From Octopus sinensis (Eukaryota): a DNA stretch of 30,117 bases. This document shows, one piece after another, positions 19,075-29,898 of the stretch; the stretch's first letter is position 1; every line of letters starts with the position of its first letter. The notes under the pieces were generated by a model. That model did not search any database. It had not been told where the DNA came from and worked only from the letters and a program-made list of their open reading frames with translations. Where the stretch lies: assembly GCF_006345805.1 (NCBI RefSeq), contig NW_021832701.1:1-30117 (forward strand). Direction: 5' to 3'. The translations under genes were made by a program, and so were the position numbers.

Positions 19075-20370
19075 ATGATCTTAGGCCTCCACTATCTTCA
19101 TTTCTTCTTAGGTAGAACCTGTCAACATCACTGTTTCGGTAGAAGTTCCCAGCTGTTGTCAGGATTTTGCAGGTTTTGATATCTATGGAGTAGACTTTCT
19201 CTTCAGATCAATCAAGTATCTCAAATGTTGGGATCAGCACCGGTACTGAAAATGCATTGTGAAATATTGTTTTGTTGAAAGAGGAGAGTTCCGACTGCCA
19301 TATTTTCCTAAGTCTGGTGTAATATTCTCGGGTCACTCTATCTTTATTCAGAGTGCCTTCATACGATACATTTTCATCTATGCCTAAGTACTTGTAACAT
19401 TCTTTGTGTGGAATGGTGGAGTTAGAAAGACCGTTGATGCACAGGTTTTGGGTTTGGGAGATTGACTTTCCTCGTTCTATAACCAAATATGAACATTTCT
19501 TTTGGCCAAATTCCATGCCTACATCAGTTGAAAATGTTGTTATTAATTCCAGTTGTTTGTTTTTCTTTTCTTTGGCATTATTAACACTTTTAGCATAAAT
19601 CTTCAGGTTGTCTACAAAGAAATTATGAGTTATATTGATATTTCTGACTGTGGAAGATCCTAGTATGTAACCATTTATTTTCTGCAGTAGGGACGATAAT
19701 GGATTCAGTGCCAAAAGGAAAAGAAGTACAGAAAGACTATTTCCCTGGAATATTCCCTTTGTAATGCTTATACTATTAGAAACAATTATTCTGTTCTCAG
19801 TTGTAAGGGTAAGAATAATTGTCCATGTCTTTGTGGGTCTCTCTATAGCAGCAATTAAGGTAGTAGGTACCTTTACTGGATGTAGGCACTTCAACAGCCA
19901 TGAATGAGGGATAGAGTCGAATGCCTTCTTATCAAGCCATACTGTCACAAGGTTTCTGCATTGTTTTCTTACTTCATATAGTATAGCTTCATTTATTAAA
20001 AGTTGTTCAGCACATCCCCACATTCCCTTCTTTCCACCAACTTGTTCACCAGACACAATGTTGTTCGACACACAATGGTCCTGGAGGAATTAGTCGTGAC
20101 AACTTGTGTACAGTTTGTACGTAATGTTTAGTCAAACAATGGGCCTGTAGTTTCCTGCCATGTCGGTGATTTCATTTTTGGCAACAAGATTTGTCCTTCC
20201 TGTAGCAAGCCAATGTGGTATATCAGTCTCACCTTCCAATGTCCTTTTGAACATACGTATCAATTGGTCTCTATAAAATATCAGCTTCTTGTACCAATAT
20301 CCAACTATTAGTTTCCTTCCAGGTGCCTTCCCATTCTGCTGTTTGCCTGCTGCTATAGCGAAGGTTTCTG
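19075..20370 (-). pseudogene. R4/Dong-clade non-LTR retrotransposon reverse transcriptase fragment, about 430 codons with a few in-frame stops
   Basis: One frame runs from KAPGRK..YWYK / PHWLATGRT.L..K / NYRPIV* through EQ.G...G...EQLLI, LDKKAFDSIPHSW, KGIFQGNSLS.LLF.LALNPLS, FFVDNLKIYA, MEFG..KC and YKYLGI. After the TGA it continues as IDIKT.K.LT...SDVDR.YL.R...GGL. These are R4/Dong-type motifs from memory. The catalytic YxDD is altered to FVDN. The longest ORF is 19208-20071. Confidence 0.88.
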
Positions 20371-20459
20371 GTATGTATGTATGTATGTATGTATGTATGT
20401 ATTATGTATGTATGTATGCATGCATGCATGTATGTATATATGTATTATGTATGAATGTA

Positions 20460-20495
<36 letters not shown>

Positions 20496-20510
20496 TGTAT
20501 GTATGTATGT
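20371..20510. repeat. (TATG)n microsatellite abutting the R4/Dong fragment
   Basis: Seen directly in the sequence. Confidence 0.95.
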
Positions 20511-20580
20511 ATAAGGAATAAAGGGAAGGTGTATTTTCTTCCCTTCAGTTCTAACTTATTTAAGTCTGAATATATATAAC

Positions 20581-20582
<2 letters not shown>

Positions 20583-20660
<78 letters not shown>

Positions 20661-20690
20661 GTATGTGTGTGTGTGTGTGTGCGCGTGACT
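20583..20690. repeat. (TA)n/(TG)n microsatellite
   Basis: Seen directly in the sequence. Confidence 0.95.
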
Positions 20691-22407
20691 GTATATTTGT
20701 GACTCTGTATGTGTGTGCACGCGAGCGTGTGTATCAAGTATTTATACAGAGGAGAGTAGCTTTGGAAAAAGGAAGGAACAAAGAGGAACAAAGTTAGTGT
20801 GTGGTGTTTCATAAAGAATAGAGAAAGACAAAAAGTAAGAAGTAACAAAGGTAACGACACACAACGAAGAGAAGACTATAAATGTCTTTATGCTAAGAGT
20901 TTTTGTTTGGTAAAAATATTAAAAAAATATATTGGGATATTCCACGCAAAAGGAGACAATAGCTGAAAGATTATAATAAAACTGTGCTGCCATGATTTAT
21001 GTATTTCTATGTTCCCAGAAGCCAATAGGTTTTAAAAAAGCAAAAAAAAAAAAAATTCTGTGGCACTATTGTCATTTGACCAGGGTGGCCATCTTGGATC
21101 CAGTCTAGAAGATAACAATTTGACTGCAAGGACAAAAGGTAGGTATCCAGTTCCATCCAAGAAAAAATTGACTATCTTGCAAGGATGTATTTTTCGGAAG
21201 AGCGAATTATAAAACTACAATTTGGCAGTGTTATGTTTTTGGAAGATCATCCTACTTGTTAGCGAAAACAGTATTTACTGTGGCCATTAGAATTTGTTGC
21301 GTCAGGTTACGTTTTAGCATTATGAGTTTAGTCTACAAAATCCTGACAAATAATTACTTTAAACCAATGCAACCATTATGACATGCTGTAAAGTGGTGGT
21401 GGGGAGGAGTTATTATTATACACAGTATTTTTTTATTTTCAGTTACGTGTACCTGCTTGTGCACTGTTCATGGAAATTTCAGCAACATTATAATCAGTGA
21501 CTTGTTGTATTATAGGGATCCCACGATTTCTTGCAATGCATGCAAAATGTCTAGATTGAATTATCTGAGACATTATGCATGTGCTGAAATGAGCATCAAG
21601 AAATGTTATTTAGAACTTTGTGTTTAAGTGCAGCACATATTTTGAATACATCGTGTGTGTTTTTACCTTTTGATCAACTTCTCATGTTCCTGATTGATTA
21701 AAATAAAAATGCGGAATACTCATTGGTATCCGAGTTTCAGTGTTGCGTTAGTTACACATTTCTAGGTGGAAATGTTGCATGAGTTACATGTACCTGTTGC
21801 GTCAGTAACGTGTACCTGTTGCGTCAGTTACATTTTACCAAAGACACTATAGCATGTATCAAATAATCGTTTCGGATATGAAAGCATGTATAACATCCAT
21901 ACCACTTCAGGTTTCTTTTGATATAAAAATTGTTTGCACATGTAAATTTTTTGCAGAGGTTTTCCAGCATAAGTACCACCAAGATCAGGTATCCTGTCTT
22001 ATTTTCGTTGCGGGGCCTCATATCAGTGAGGGGGGCCGGTGCGCATTGATGCCGTCGAGAGTTAGGCCCCGAAACGGCGCGCATTCTCTCCTGATGACCT
22101 CATACACTTGCTAGCTTCCGGTATACGGAGCTTTTAACTGGTGGCACTTGCATGTGCAAGTTGTTTTCAAGACATCTAAGTTACGCAAGTATTTATTCTC
22201 TCTAAGACAAGCTAGTTCAAACATAGAATTAAAATACATATGTAACAATATTTATGGGCCACAGCAGTTAAATTATTCATGGGTCATTCATTATATTTCA
22301 GTTAGTTTAAGCAACATGCCAGAGCATTTTCAGTATTTAAAAAGTTCTTGTAAATGTTGCGTCAGTTACGGTGGAATTGCCCTATACTTGAAATGATTCT
22401 TTCTTCT

Positions 22408-22606
22408 ACAGGCACAAGGTCACAAATTTTTGGCGTGGGGGCACTAGTCGATTACAATGACCCCGCTGCTCAACTGGTACTTATTTTATCGACCTCCGAA
22501 AGGATGAAAGGCAAAGTCAACCTCGGCGGAATTTGAACTCAGGGCGTAAAACCGGAAGAAATATCGATTAAAATTTTATCCGGAATGGTAACGATTCTGC
22601 AAGTTT
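22408..22606 (-). mobile_element. SINE-A, tail type 2
   Basis: ACTGGTACTTATTTTATCGACCTCCGAAAGGATGAAAGGCAAAGTCAACCTCGGCGGAATTTGAACTCAG...TAACGATTCTGC. Confidence 0.88.
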
Positions 22607-22651
22607 GTTACCTTTGCGTTTGAAATAATGATAAGCACGTTTTCTGATTTA

Positions 22652-22808
22652 GATACAAGGCCAGCAATTTTGAAGGGAGGGATTAGTCGACAGCATCGAC
22701 CTATCCCTAGAAGGATAGAAAGCGGGTGGTATTTGAACTCAGAAAGTAAAGAACCGGAACACATATCGTATAGCATTTTCCCGACGCTCTAACGATTCTG
22801 CCCGCTCA
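22652..22808 (-). mobile_element. SINE-A, tail type 2, internally deleted
   Basis: ACAAGGCCAGCAATTTTG...ATTTGAACTCAGAA...TAACGATTCTGCCCGCTC. Confidence 0.78.
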
Positions 22809-25026
22809 GAACATTGCTGTTCGGTGAATCAATTTAGGCTTAGGTTGAATATAAAGTATTGCGTGGCAATATCGTTGAGAAAATAAGATAACGTTGATAT
22901 AAATATTGTCGTAGGTAGTGGTAAATGGATAAGTAGACCAGTAACAATCGTTAATTTAATGTGTATAAATAAGAAGAATGGACAAATATCTTGAGTAATT
23001 CTACGTTAAATTTGATGGCTCGTCTTATGATAACAAGTTATTGGCTTTAAGAGAAATTTACCCGTTATGACATTGGTTTCTAAGGATTTTTATTGACTAA
23101 AAGTTATCGTGAAATGCGCGAATAAGTAAAGCATTCAGAGTATATATCTGTAATAAAATTATTTTCACAAAATATAGGTGACATAAGACTAAATAAGTTG
23201 ATGAAAGATAATGGAAATAATATAAAGACATAAGGATATTGGCAAATGTCGTACTTTAATTATTGAATATAAATATATAGGAGATTTTTATAGCGAAAAA
23301 AACGGACAAAGTTAATATATAATGGTGGCTGCAGAGTGAAGAAAATCAGAAATCTTAAAAGTGAGGAAGAAGGTGAAGAATTTTTTATGCTAAGAATAAT
23401 CGTTTGTAGAAATACTCTTTTTTAACACAATATAATTGGAAAAAGGAAAAGAATAAACGTGTGAAGTAGTAATTGTATTAAAAGATAATAAAAAAAAAAG
23501 TGCGTATTATATATATTATAGTAAAAAGTCTCAGACATGAATCAGATTGAATTATATCAGCTCAGAAGTAGGTAGAGTGTAAAGAATTGTCGTAAAGGAA
23601 ATCAGTGAGAACATAAATTTAACCCCGTCGTTAGTGCGAGCGAAATAAATGGTGCGATCAGTTGAAATGATTGGACTTAATGAATATGAGAAAGGAAAAT
23701 AGATAACTAGTGCAATTCAACCTTAAATTTACCGATTCGTCGTAGGATGACAAAATTCCGGTGTATTTAGAAAAAAGAAAAGAGCATTATCTATTGCTAC
23801 TTTAAAGGAATTCAATGCTTTAAAGTTACCGAGAAAGTGCGAAGCAGTAATATATATATATATAGTGTAGTAAGAGTGGTAAGATCAGTAATAAAATTAT
23901 TTCACGTCATATGTAAGTTACATAAAAATAAGTAGGTTAATGACAGATAAAGTAACTAATATAAATAATATAGGAATATCGTCACGTGTTTTGCTTAAAG
24001 TGTCGAATAAAAATAAAATATGCTGAACGGGAAAATATTTAATGGTGATTTAATAGTGATTAAAGTAATTTTCTCTAAATATATCAAAATAATGAAAAGC
24101 AATTATAATAAATGTAAAGTGAAGGTAAGGATTAATATGAGTGTGAAAAATGAAAGAGCAAAGTATCTATCTAGTAGAGTGCTGTATTTGGAACGTACGT
24201 AACTTAAAGTGTTATGGAGTTATATTGAGTAAAAATTAAACCTATTAATACGAAAGATAATGGAAATATGATACTATAATAAAGTGCTGAGAAGATCAAG
24301 ACAAAATAATTGGATAGAGTAACGATATTAGAGATTGGACGTGAATGAAGATCCAAAAATCAAAAATAATAAATGGAAATAAAGTGAGGAGATAAAATAT
24401 AATCAGGTTTATAAGCAACTGAATAACATAGAATAAATGATTTTAAAGTGGTAGCGAGGGAATATAATTAAATGAATATATATATTTAGTGGGAGATTAT
24501 TACGAAGAAAATAAAGGCGACTAAAGTGAAAAATTAGCGGAGGCTTTTAAGAGAGTAGCTGTGTATTGGATTATAAGTTTAGAAGCTAATCTTCAGGTTA
24601 GAGTTAAATCTAATTTAAATTAATAACTAAAGTTTAAAAATTGGCCGGAAAGGGGAATATGAGATTAAGAACATATATATAGTATAAAATAAAATAGAAC
24701 TAATATATAGCTAAAATTCAACGATAAAGGTTTTATAATTACCGCTGGTGAAGTCCCGTGAGAGTTAATAGGTTTTGGCTTCAACAAAAAGGGCAACATT
24801 AATTGAAGTAAATTTCGAAAACAAAATTCTATGTAATATTTATAGTTCAAAGGTTAATTTTGTGCCACAGTCTGAAAAATGAAGGGGGAATATGGTGGAT
24901 CTAAAGAATTGGTCCAGTAATTCATTTAATAATGTCCGGGGTCTGCAGAGGTTTTAAAAGCTTTCGGCGTAGAGATTTTCGATATCTTATTTGTATAGTT
25001 GCAATACAATATGTTCATTTAAGATA

Positions 25027-25154
25027 GCCGCAGGCGTGACTGTATGGTAAGAAGTTTGCTTCCCAAACTTCTTATAGTAGAAGACAATCGCCCAAGGTGC
25101 CAGTGCCCAAAGTGCCAGTAGAACTGAACTCGAACCATCCAGTTGCTTCCCAAG
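25027..25154. mobile_element. Rearranged SINE-BC head: plus-strand 5' end, then an inverted internal segment
   Basis: 25027-25066 is the head 5' end on the plus strand. 25073-25138 is the reverse complement of ATGGTTCGAGTTCAG...GGCACCTTGGGC...TGTCTTCTACTATA. TTGCTTCCCAA is repeated after it. Confidence 0.7.
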
Positions 25155-25221
25155 CAACAACAACAATATTACTAGAGAAACAAGTGGTTCATCTTAAATT
25201 ACAATAATTATTGGTTATACA

Positions 25222-25425
25222 TTTTGGCATAAGGACTGAAATTTTAGTGGAGGGGTCTAATCGATTACATCGACTTTCAGTTCTCAACTGGTACTTATTT
25301 CATCGACCCCGAAAGGATAAAAAGCAAAGTCGATGTCGGTGGAATTTGAACACAGAGCGTAAAGACGGACGAAATAGCGCAAAGCATTTTGCTCGGCGTA
25401 CTAAAGATTCTGCCAGCTCGCCGCC
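25222..25425 (-). mobile_element. SINE-A, tail type 2, full length
   Basis: Ends in GATTCTGCCAGCTCGCC, the reverse complement of the GGCGAGCTGGCAGAATC head. Confidence 0.9.
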
Positions 25426-25448
25426 TTTATAAATTACCATAATTATTG

Positions 25449-26050
25449 CCTGAGCTGGCAGAAACGTTAGCACCCCGGGCGAAATGCGTAACCGTATTTC
25501 GTCTGCCGTTACGTTCTGAGTTCAAATTCCGTCGAGGTCGACTTTGCCGTAAATCCTTCGTGATCGATAAATTAAGTACCAGTTACACACTGGGGTCGAT
25601 GTAATCGGCTTAATCAGTTTGTCTATCCTTGTTTGTCCCCTCTGTGTTTAGCCCCTTTGGGTAGTAAAGAAATAGGTATTTCGTCTGCCGTTACTTTCTG
25701 TGTTCAAATTCCGCCGAGGTCAACTTTGCCTTTCGTCCTTTCGGGGTCGATTAAATAAGTACTAGTTACGCACTGGGGTCAATATAATCGACTTAATCCG
25801 TTTGTCTGTCCTTGTTTGTCCCCTCTGTGTTTAGCCCCTTGTGGGTAGTAAAGAAATAGAAATAGGTATTTCGTCTGCCGTTACTTTCTGTGTTCAAATT
25901 CCGCCGAGGCCGACTTTGCCTTTCATCCTTTCGGGGTGGATTAAATAAGTACTAGTTACGCACTGGGATCGATATAATTAACTTAATATGTTTTTCTGTC
26001 CTTGTTTGTCTCCTCTATGTTGAGCCTCTTGTGGGCAATAAAGAAATAAG
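25449..26050 (+). mobile_element. SINE-A tandem trimer: one headed unit plus two head-less units of about 185 bp (starts 25676, 25866)
   Basis: Both junctions are GAAATAG|GTATTTCGTCTGCCGTTAC. Units 2 and 3 share the variants TTACTTTCTGTGTTC and TTAAATAAGTACTAG. Confidence 0.93.
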
Positions 26051-26546
26051 GAAGAATTATTGCCAGGTAGAAGGTGGAACTCGAAACTCCATAAATATTT
26101 TTTTCTCGTCATGGTAGTTTTTGCCGCTGATTAGGTGAGGTAATTGAAATGGGCTGCCGGGGTTTTGTGGGGGCATTCATTCTGCAAAGCTGTGACAGTG
26201 CTTGGAATTACATAAATTCCATTGCTGAAGCTGCAGAGACTAAGATGGCAGAATAGTGGTTTGCTGTTGTTACTGGGTTGCAAGCTGGGATTTCATCAAC
26301 TCCGGGTGAGTAAACTGAGTGAGATGGGTCTGACGCTGCAAGAGCTCTCCCCCGCAAAAGAACCCCCCCCCCACACTGAGAGCCTAGAAATATCACTGAC
26401 GGTGCATCCCTGACCGTCCGTAAGATGTGTCTTGGAACTGTTCTACTTGACGTGTTCACTTATTTTTGATGTTGTTGCCGCTGCGACAGCTCTTGGTATT
26501 GCTGCTGGTGTCGCGGGTACTACTGGGGCTGGTGGTGGTGAAGGTA

Positions 26547-26600
26547 TTGCTGCTACTGCTGCTGCTACTGCTGCTGCTACTGCTGCTGCTACTGCTGCTG
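26547..26600. repeat. (GCT/ACT)n trinucleotide repeat
   Basis: Seen directly in the sequence. Confidence 0.9.
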
Positions 26601-26714
26601 ATGCTGGTCTCAAATTTGATAGATTGAATCAATCCAAAGTGGCACCATTGGGACATTTTCAGAAATGTCAAACGGAATTAGGTTTATTATCAAACACTCG
26701 CAGACATACATGCA

Positions 26715-26823
26715 TATATTTATTTATATATATATATATCATATATATATATACATATATATATATACATATAATATATACATATATATATATATATATA
26801 TACATATATATATCTATATATCT

Positions 26824-26857
<34 letters not shown>

Positions 26858-26858
26858 C

Positions 26859-26895
<37 letters not shown>

Positions 26896-27220
26896 CAATA
26901 TATATATATATACATACATATATATTGTTTATACATAATACATATAATATATATATGTATGTATGTATAATTATGTCTGTATATATATATTATGTATGTA
27001 TATATATATATATATATATATGTATGCCATATTTATATATATATATATGTTATATATGTGTATGTATATATATATAATATATACACGCATACATACACAC
27101 ATCAACATCAAAATATATACTTACATACTCTTTCTTACATACATTTGTTCTTTTATACATACATCTCTATACAAATATACACGCATATGACCGAGAGATA
27201 TATACACATGCACACACTAG

Positions 27221-27266
<46 letters not shown>

Positions 27267-27640
27267 CACAAGCACCCCCTTCTACACACATATATATATG
27301 TGCATACTCACACATATACACATGCGCATACATACAGCTAGGGTACACATAGGTAACACGTAAAACTTGACGCTTATACACGCAAAATATATACACACAC
27401 ACACACACATACGATCTTTACTCTCTCACACACACACGTATCTATATATATGTATACTGAAAAGCAGACGGTTATACAAAGATATACATAAACACATATT
27501 CATTCACAAAGAAACGGTGAAGCGTATGAATATACATACACAATCAACACGCGCGAATAAACACAGATACAGACACACACACGCACGTACACACACATAC
27601 ACACACACAGAGCAATACATACGCAACCACTATATACACA
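26715..27640. repeat. About 0.9-kb compound (TA)/(CA)/(TACA) low-complexity tract
   Basis: Seen directly in the sequence. Confidence 0.92.
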
Positions 27641-27650
27641 AAGATAGAGC

Positions 27651-27875
27651 CGGGAGCTGGCAGAATCGTTAGCACGCCGGACTAAAATGCTTAGCGGCAT
27701 TTCGCCCGTCTTTACGTTCTGAGTTCAAATTCCACCGAGGTCAACTGTGTCTTTCATCCTTTCGGGGTCGATAAAAAATAACTATTAGTTGAACTGATAC
27801 TTATGGGGGTCGGAATATTCGACTTTACCACCTCTTCCGAAGTTGTTGACTTTCTACCAAACTTTGAAACCAACG
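27651..27875 (+). mobile_element. SINE-A, tail type 2
   Basis: GGGAGCTGGCAGAATCGTTAGCACGCCGG...GAGTTCAAATTCC...TTTCATCCTTTCGGGGTCGATAAA...CCAAACTTTGAAACC. Confidence 0.9.
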
Positions 27876-27957
27876 TATATATATATACATACATACATAC
27901 ATATATATATATACATACATATATATGTACATACATACATACATATATACATATATA

Positions 27958-28092
27958 TTAAAGAGGGAGAATTCACAAAAACCAAAAGACGAAGACAGGT
28001 GGTGTAGTAAACAAACAGATGTATAAGTATAACGTTCAGGAAGTGAAAAAGTCTTCAACGTTTCGAACCTACGCTCTTCCACAGAAAGGAAT
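27958..28092 (-). mobile_element. About 135-bp module between (TA)n tracts, with an HHR-like motif (28053-28088) followed by a U-rich segment
   Basis: The reverse strand reads CUUU-CUGUGGAA-GAGC GUAG GUUC-GAAA-CG-UU-GAAG. It has a stem II and the palindromic GAAACGUU typical of minimal PLE HHRs, but the core deviates from CUGANGA. Confidence 0.4.
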
Positions 28093-28108
28093 ATATATAT
28101 ATACACAG

Positions 28109-28346
28109 TCTTTTATTTGTTACAGTCATTTGACTGCAGCCAAGCTGGAGCACCGCTTTAGTGGCGCAAACCGACCACAGAACTTATTCTTTGTAAGCCT
28201 AGTACGTTTTCTATCGGTCTCTTTTACCGAACCGCTAAGTTGCAGGGACGTAAACACACCAGCATCAGTTGTCAAGTGATGTTGGGGAGGAGAAGCACAG
28301 ACACACAGACAGACACACAGACAGACACACAGACAGACACACACAC

Positions 28347-28385
<39 letters not shown>

Positions 28386-28560
28386 TACACACACAAATAT
28401 ACATGTATATATACAACGGGCTCCTTTCAGTTTCCGTGTACCAAATCCACCCGCAAGGCTTTGGTCGGCCTGAGGCTATAGCAGAAGACACTTGCCCAAA
28501 GTGCCACGCAGTGGGACTGAACCCGGAACCATGTGGTTGGTGAGCAAGCTACATACCACA
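28109..28560 (-). mobile_element. Full bipartite SINE-BC (tail 28109-28295, (CAGA)/(CA) linker, head 28414-28560)
   Basis: Same head-linker-tail architecture as 12783-13213. Confidence 0.92.
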
Positions 28561-28785
28561 CACACACACAAACCACACACACACACACATACACACACAC
28601 ACACACACATACACACACACATCATGTGTACATACTTATACGTATATATGTGTGTATGTATGTATGTATGTATGTATGTGTGTATGTATGTATGTATGTA
28701 TGTATGTGTGTATGTATGTATGTATGTATGTATGTATGTATGTATGTATGTGTGTATGTATGTATGTATGTATGTATGTGTGCAT
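28556..28785. repeat. (CA)n then (TATG)n microsatellites
   Basis: Seen directly in the sequence. Confidence 0.95.
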
Positions 28786-29604
28786 AAAAGTACGTTATTT
28801 AAGAACGAATTTCTCTAGTTACTTTACACCCTAATTTGCTTTCCATAGCATGCAATTAACTGGACAATTTCATTTCTGACTTTTTGAAATTATCTCCCTT
28901 TCTTTCTTGAGAGGCTCTAACAATTGCCGCTAGGTTTCTGTTTTCCATCTCCCACTTAGAACGAAAGTTAAAGCTAAAAAAAAAAGGGAAAAAAGAAAGG
29001 AAAAAAGGGAAGGAATTTACTTAGCTTAATTATCCAAATTTCTACTTTAGACCCCCTAAAGTTATTTCTTTTACTTGTCTGTGTTCCTATTTTTGTTCTT
29101 CTCAGTCCTTCTCTCTCTCTCTTTCACTCTGTGTATATATATACACGCATATATGTTTATACACACACACAAGCATATGCACCCCACCACATATACATAT
29201 GTTCTTGTAAGCTTGTTCGTTAGAACAAAGCTTACAGGTATAACATGAAGTGCAGACTCCTTCAGTGGGCAGTGTTATATATTCTTTCTTTAGCGAATAG
29301 TTTACAATTTTAATTATGTTCCGATACTAAGTGCATCGGTTACACACGCGTACGCCCATTTTTCCACACATCCATAGAAGCATGCATACAAACACACATG
29401 TATACATAGATACTCCTATACACACACACACGAGTATATATGTATATATATATATATATATATATACATACACATAGACACGCGTTACACACAAACACAT
29501 ATGTATATATATTCATACAAGTAAGCTTATAAATGTAACACAAGGCGGAAAAAAATAGTACTAGATTACCTAAGGCAGAGCAATATATATATATTTTTTA
29601 TCAG

Positions 29605-29773
29605 AGCTTCAAAATCTTCACAGAACTATTGCTCAGTGTTTCAGGTTCCCGTTCGTCGGACGATTGTGAGGAATGCTCACAACTGTCCGGCAACAAACAA
29701 CTGTATTGATCACAACTGTCCGAAGAGCGGGAACGTGAAAACTCTGTGAGACATTCTGAGAAGATTTTGCAGC
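29605..29773. repeat. Imperfect inverted repeat with HHR-like motifs in both arms
   Basis: AGCTTCAAAATCTTCACAGAA...TTTCAGGTTCCCGTTCGTCGGACGATTGTGA (29605-29669) versus TCACAACTGTCCGAAGAGCGGGAACGTGAAA...TTCTGAGAAGATTTTGCAGCT (29710-29773). Confidence 0.75.
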
Positions 29774-29787
29774 TTTAATAAAAGTGT

Positions 29788-29818
29788 GTGTATATATATA
29801 TTATATAATATATATATA

Positions 29819-29898
<80 letters not shown>

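Noticed and set aside
19196-19206. Minus-strand CUGAAGA-GAAA as a hammerhead
   Set aside because: There is no stem II, and it lies within R4/Dong RT coding sequence (SEEK codons), so it is coincidental.
24585-24600. Minus-strand CUGAAGA followed by a small stem
   Set aside because: No GAAA follows and there is no stem I or III.
26432-26857. 141-aa plus-strand Ala/Gly-rich ORF
   Set aside because: It is driven by a (GCT) repeat and runs into (TA)n, with no domain or splice support.
1642-28560. tRNA-like A/B boxes as tRNA genes
   Set aside because: They belong to multi-copy SINE heads followed by non-tRNA bodies. No complete cloverleaf is seen.
29206-29236. Small hairpin TGTAAGCTTGTTC-GTTA-GAACAAAGCTTACA
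   Set aside because: It is short and isolated, with no associated element or motif.
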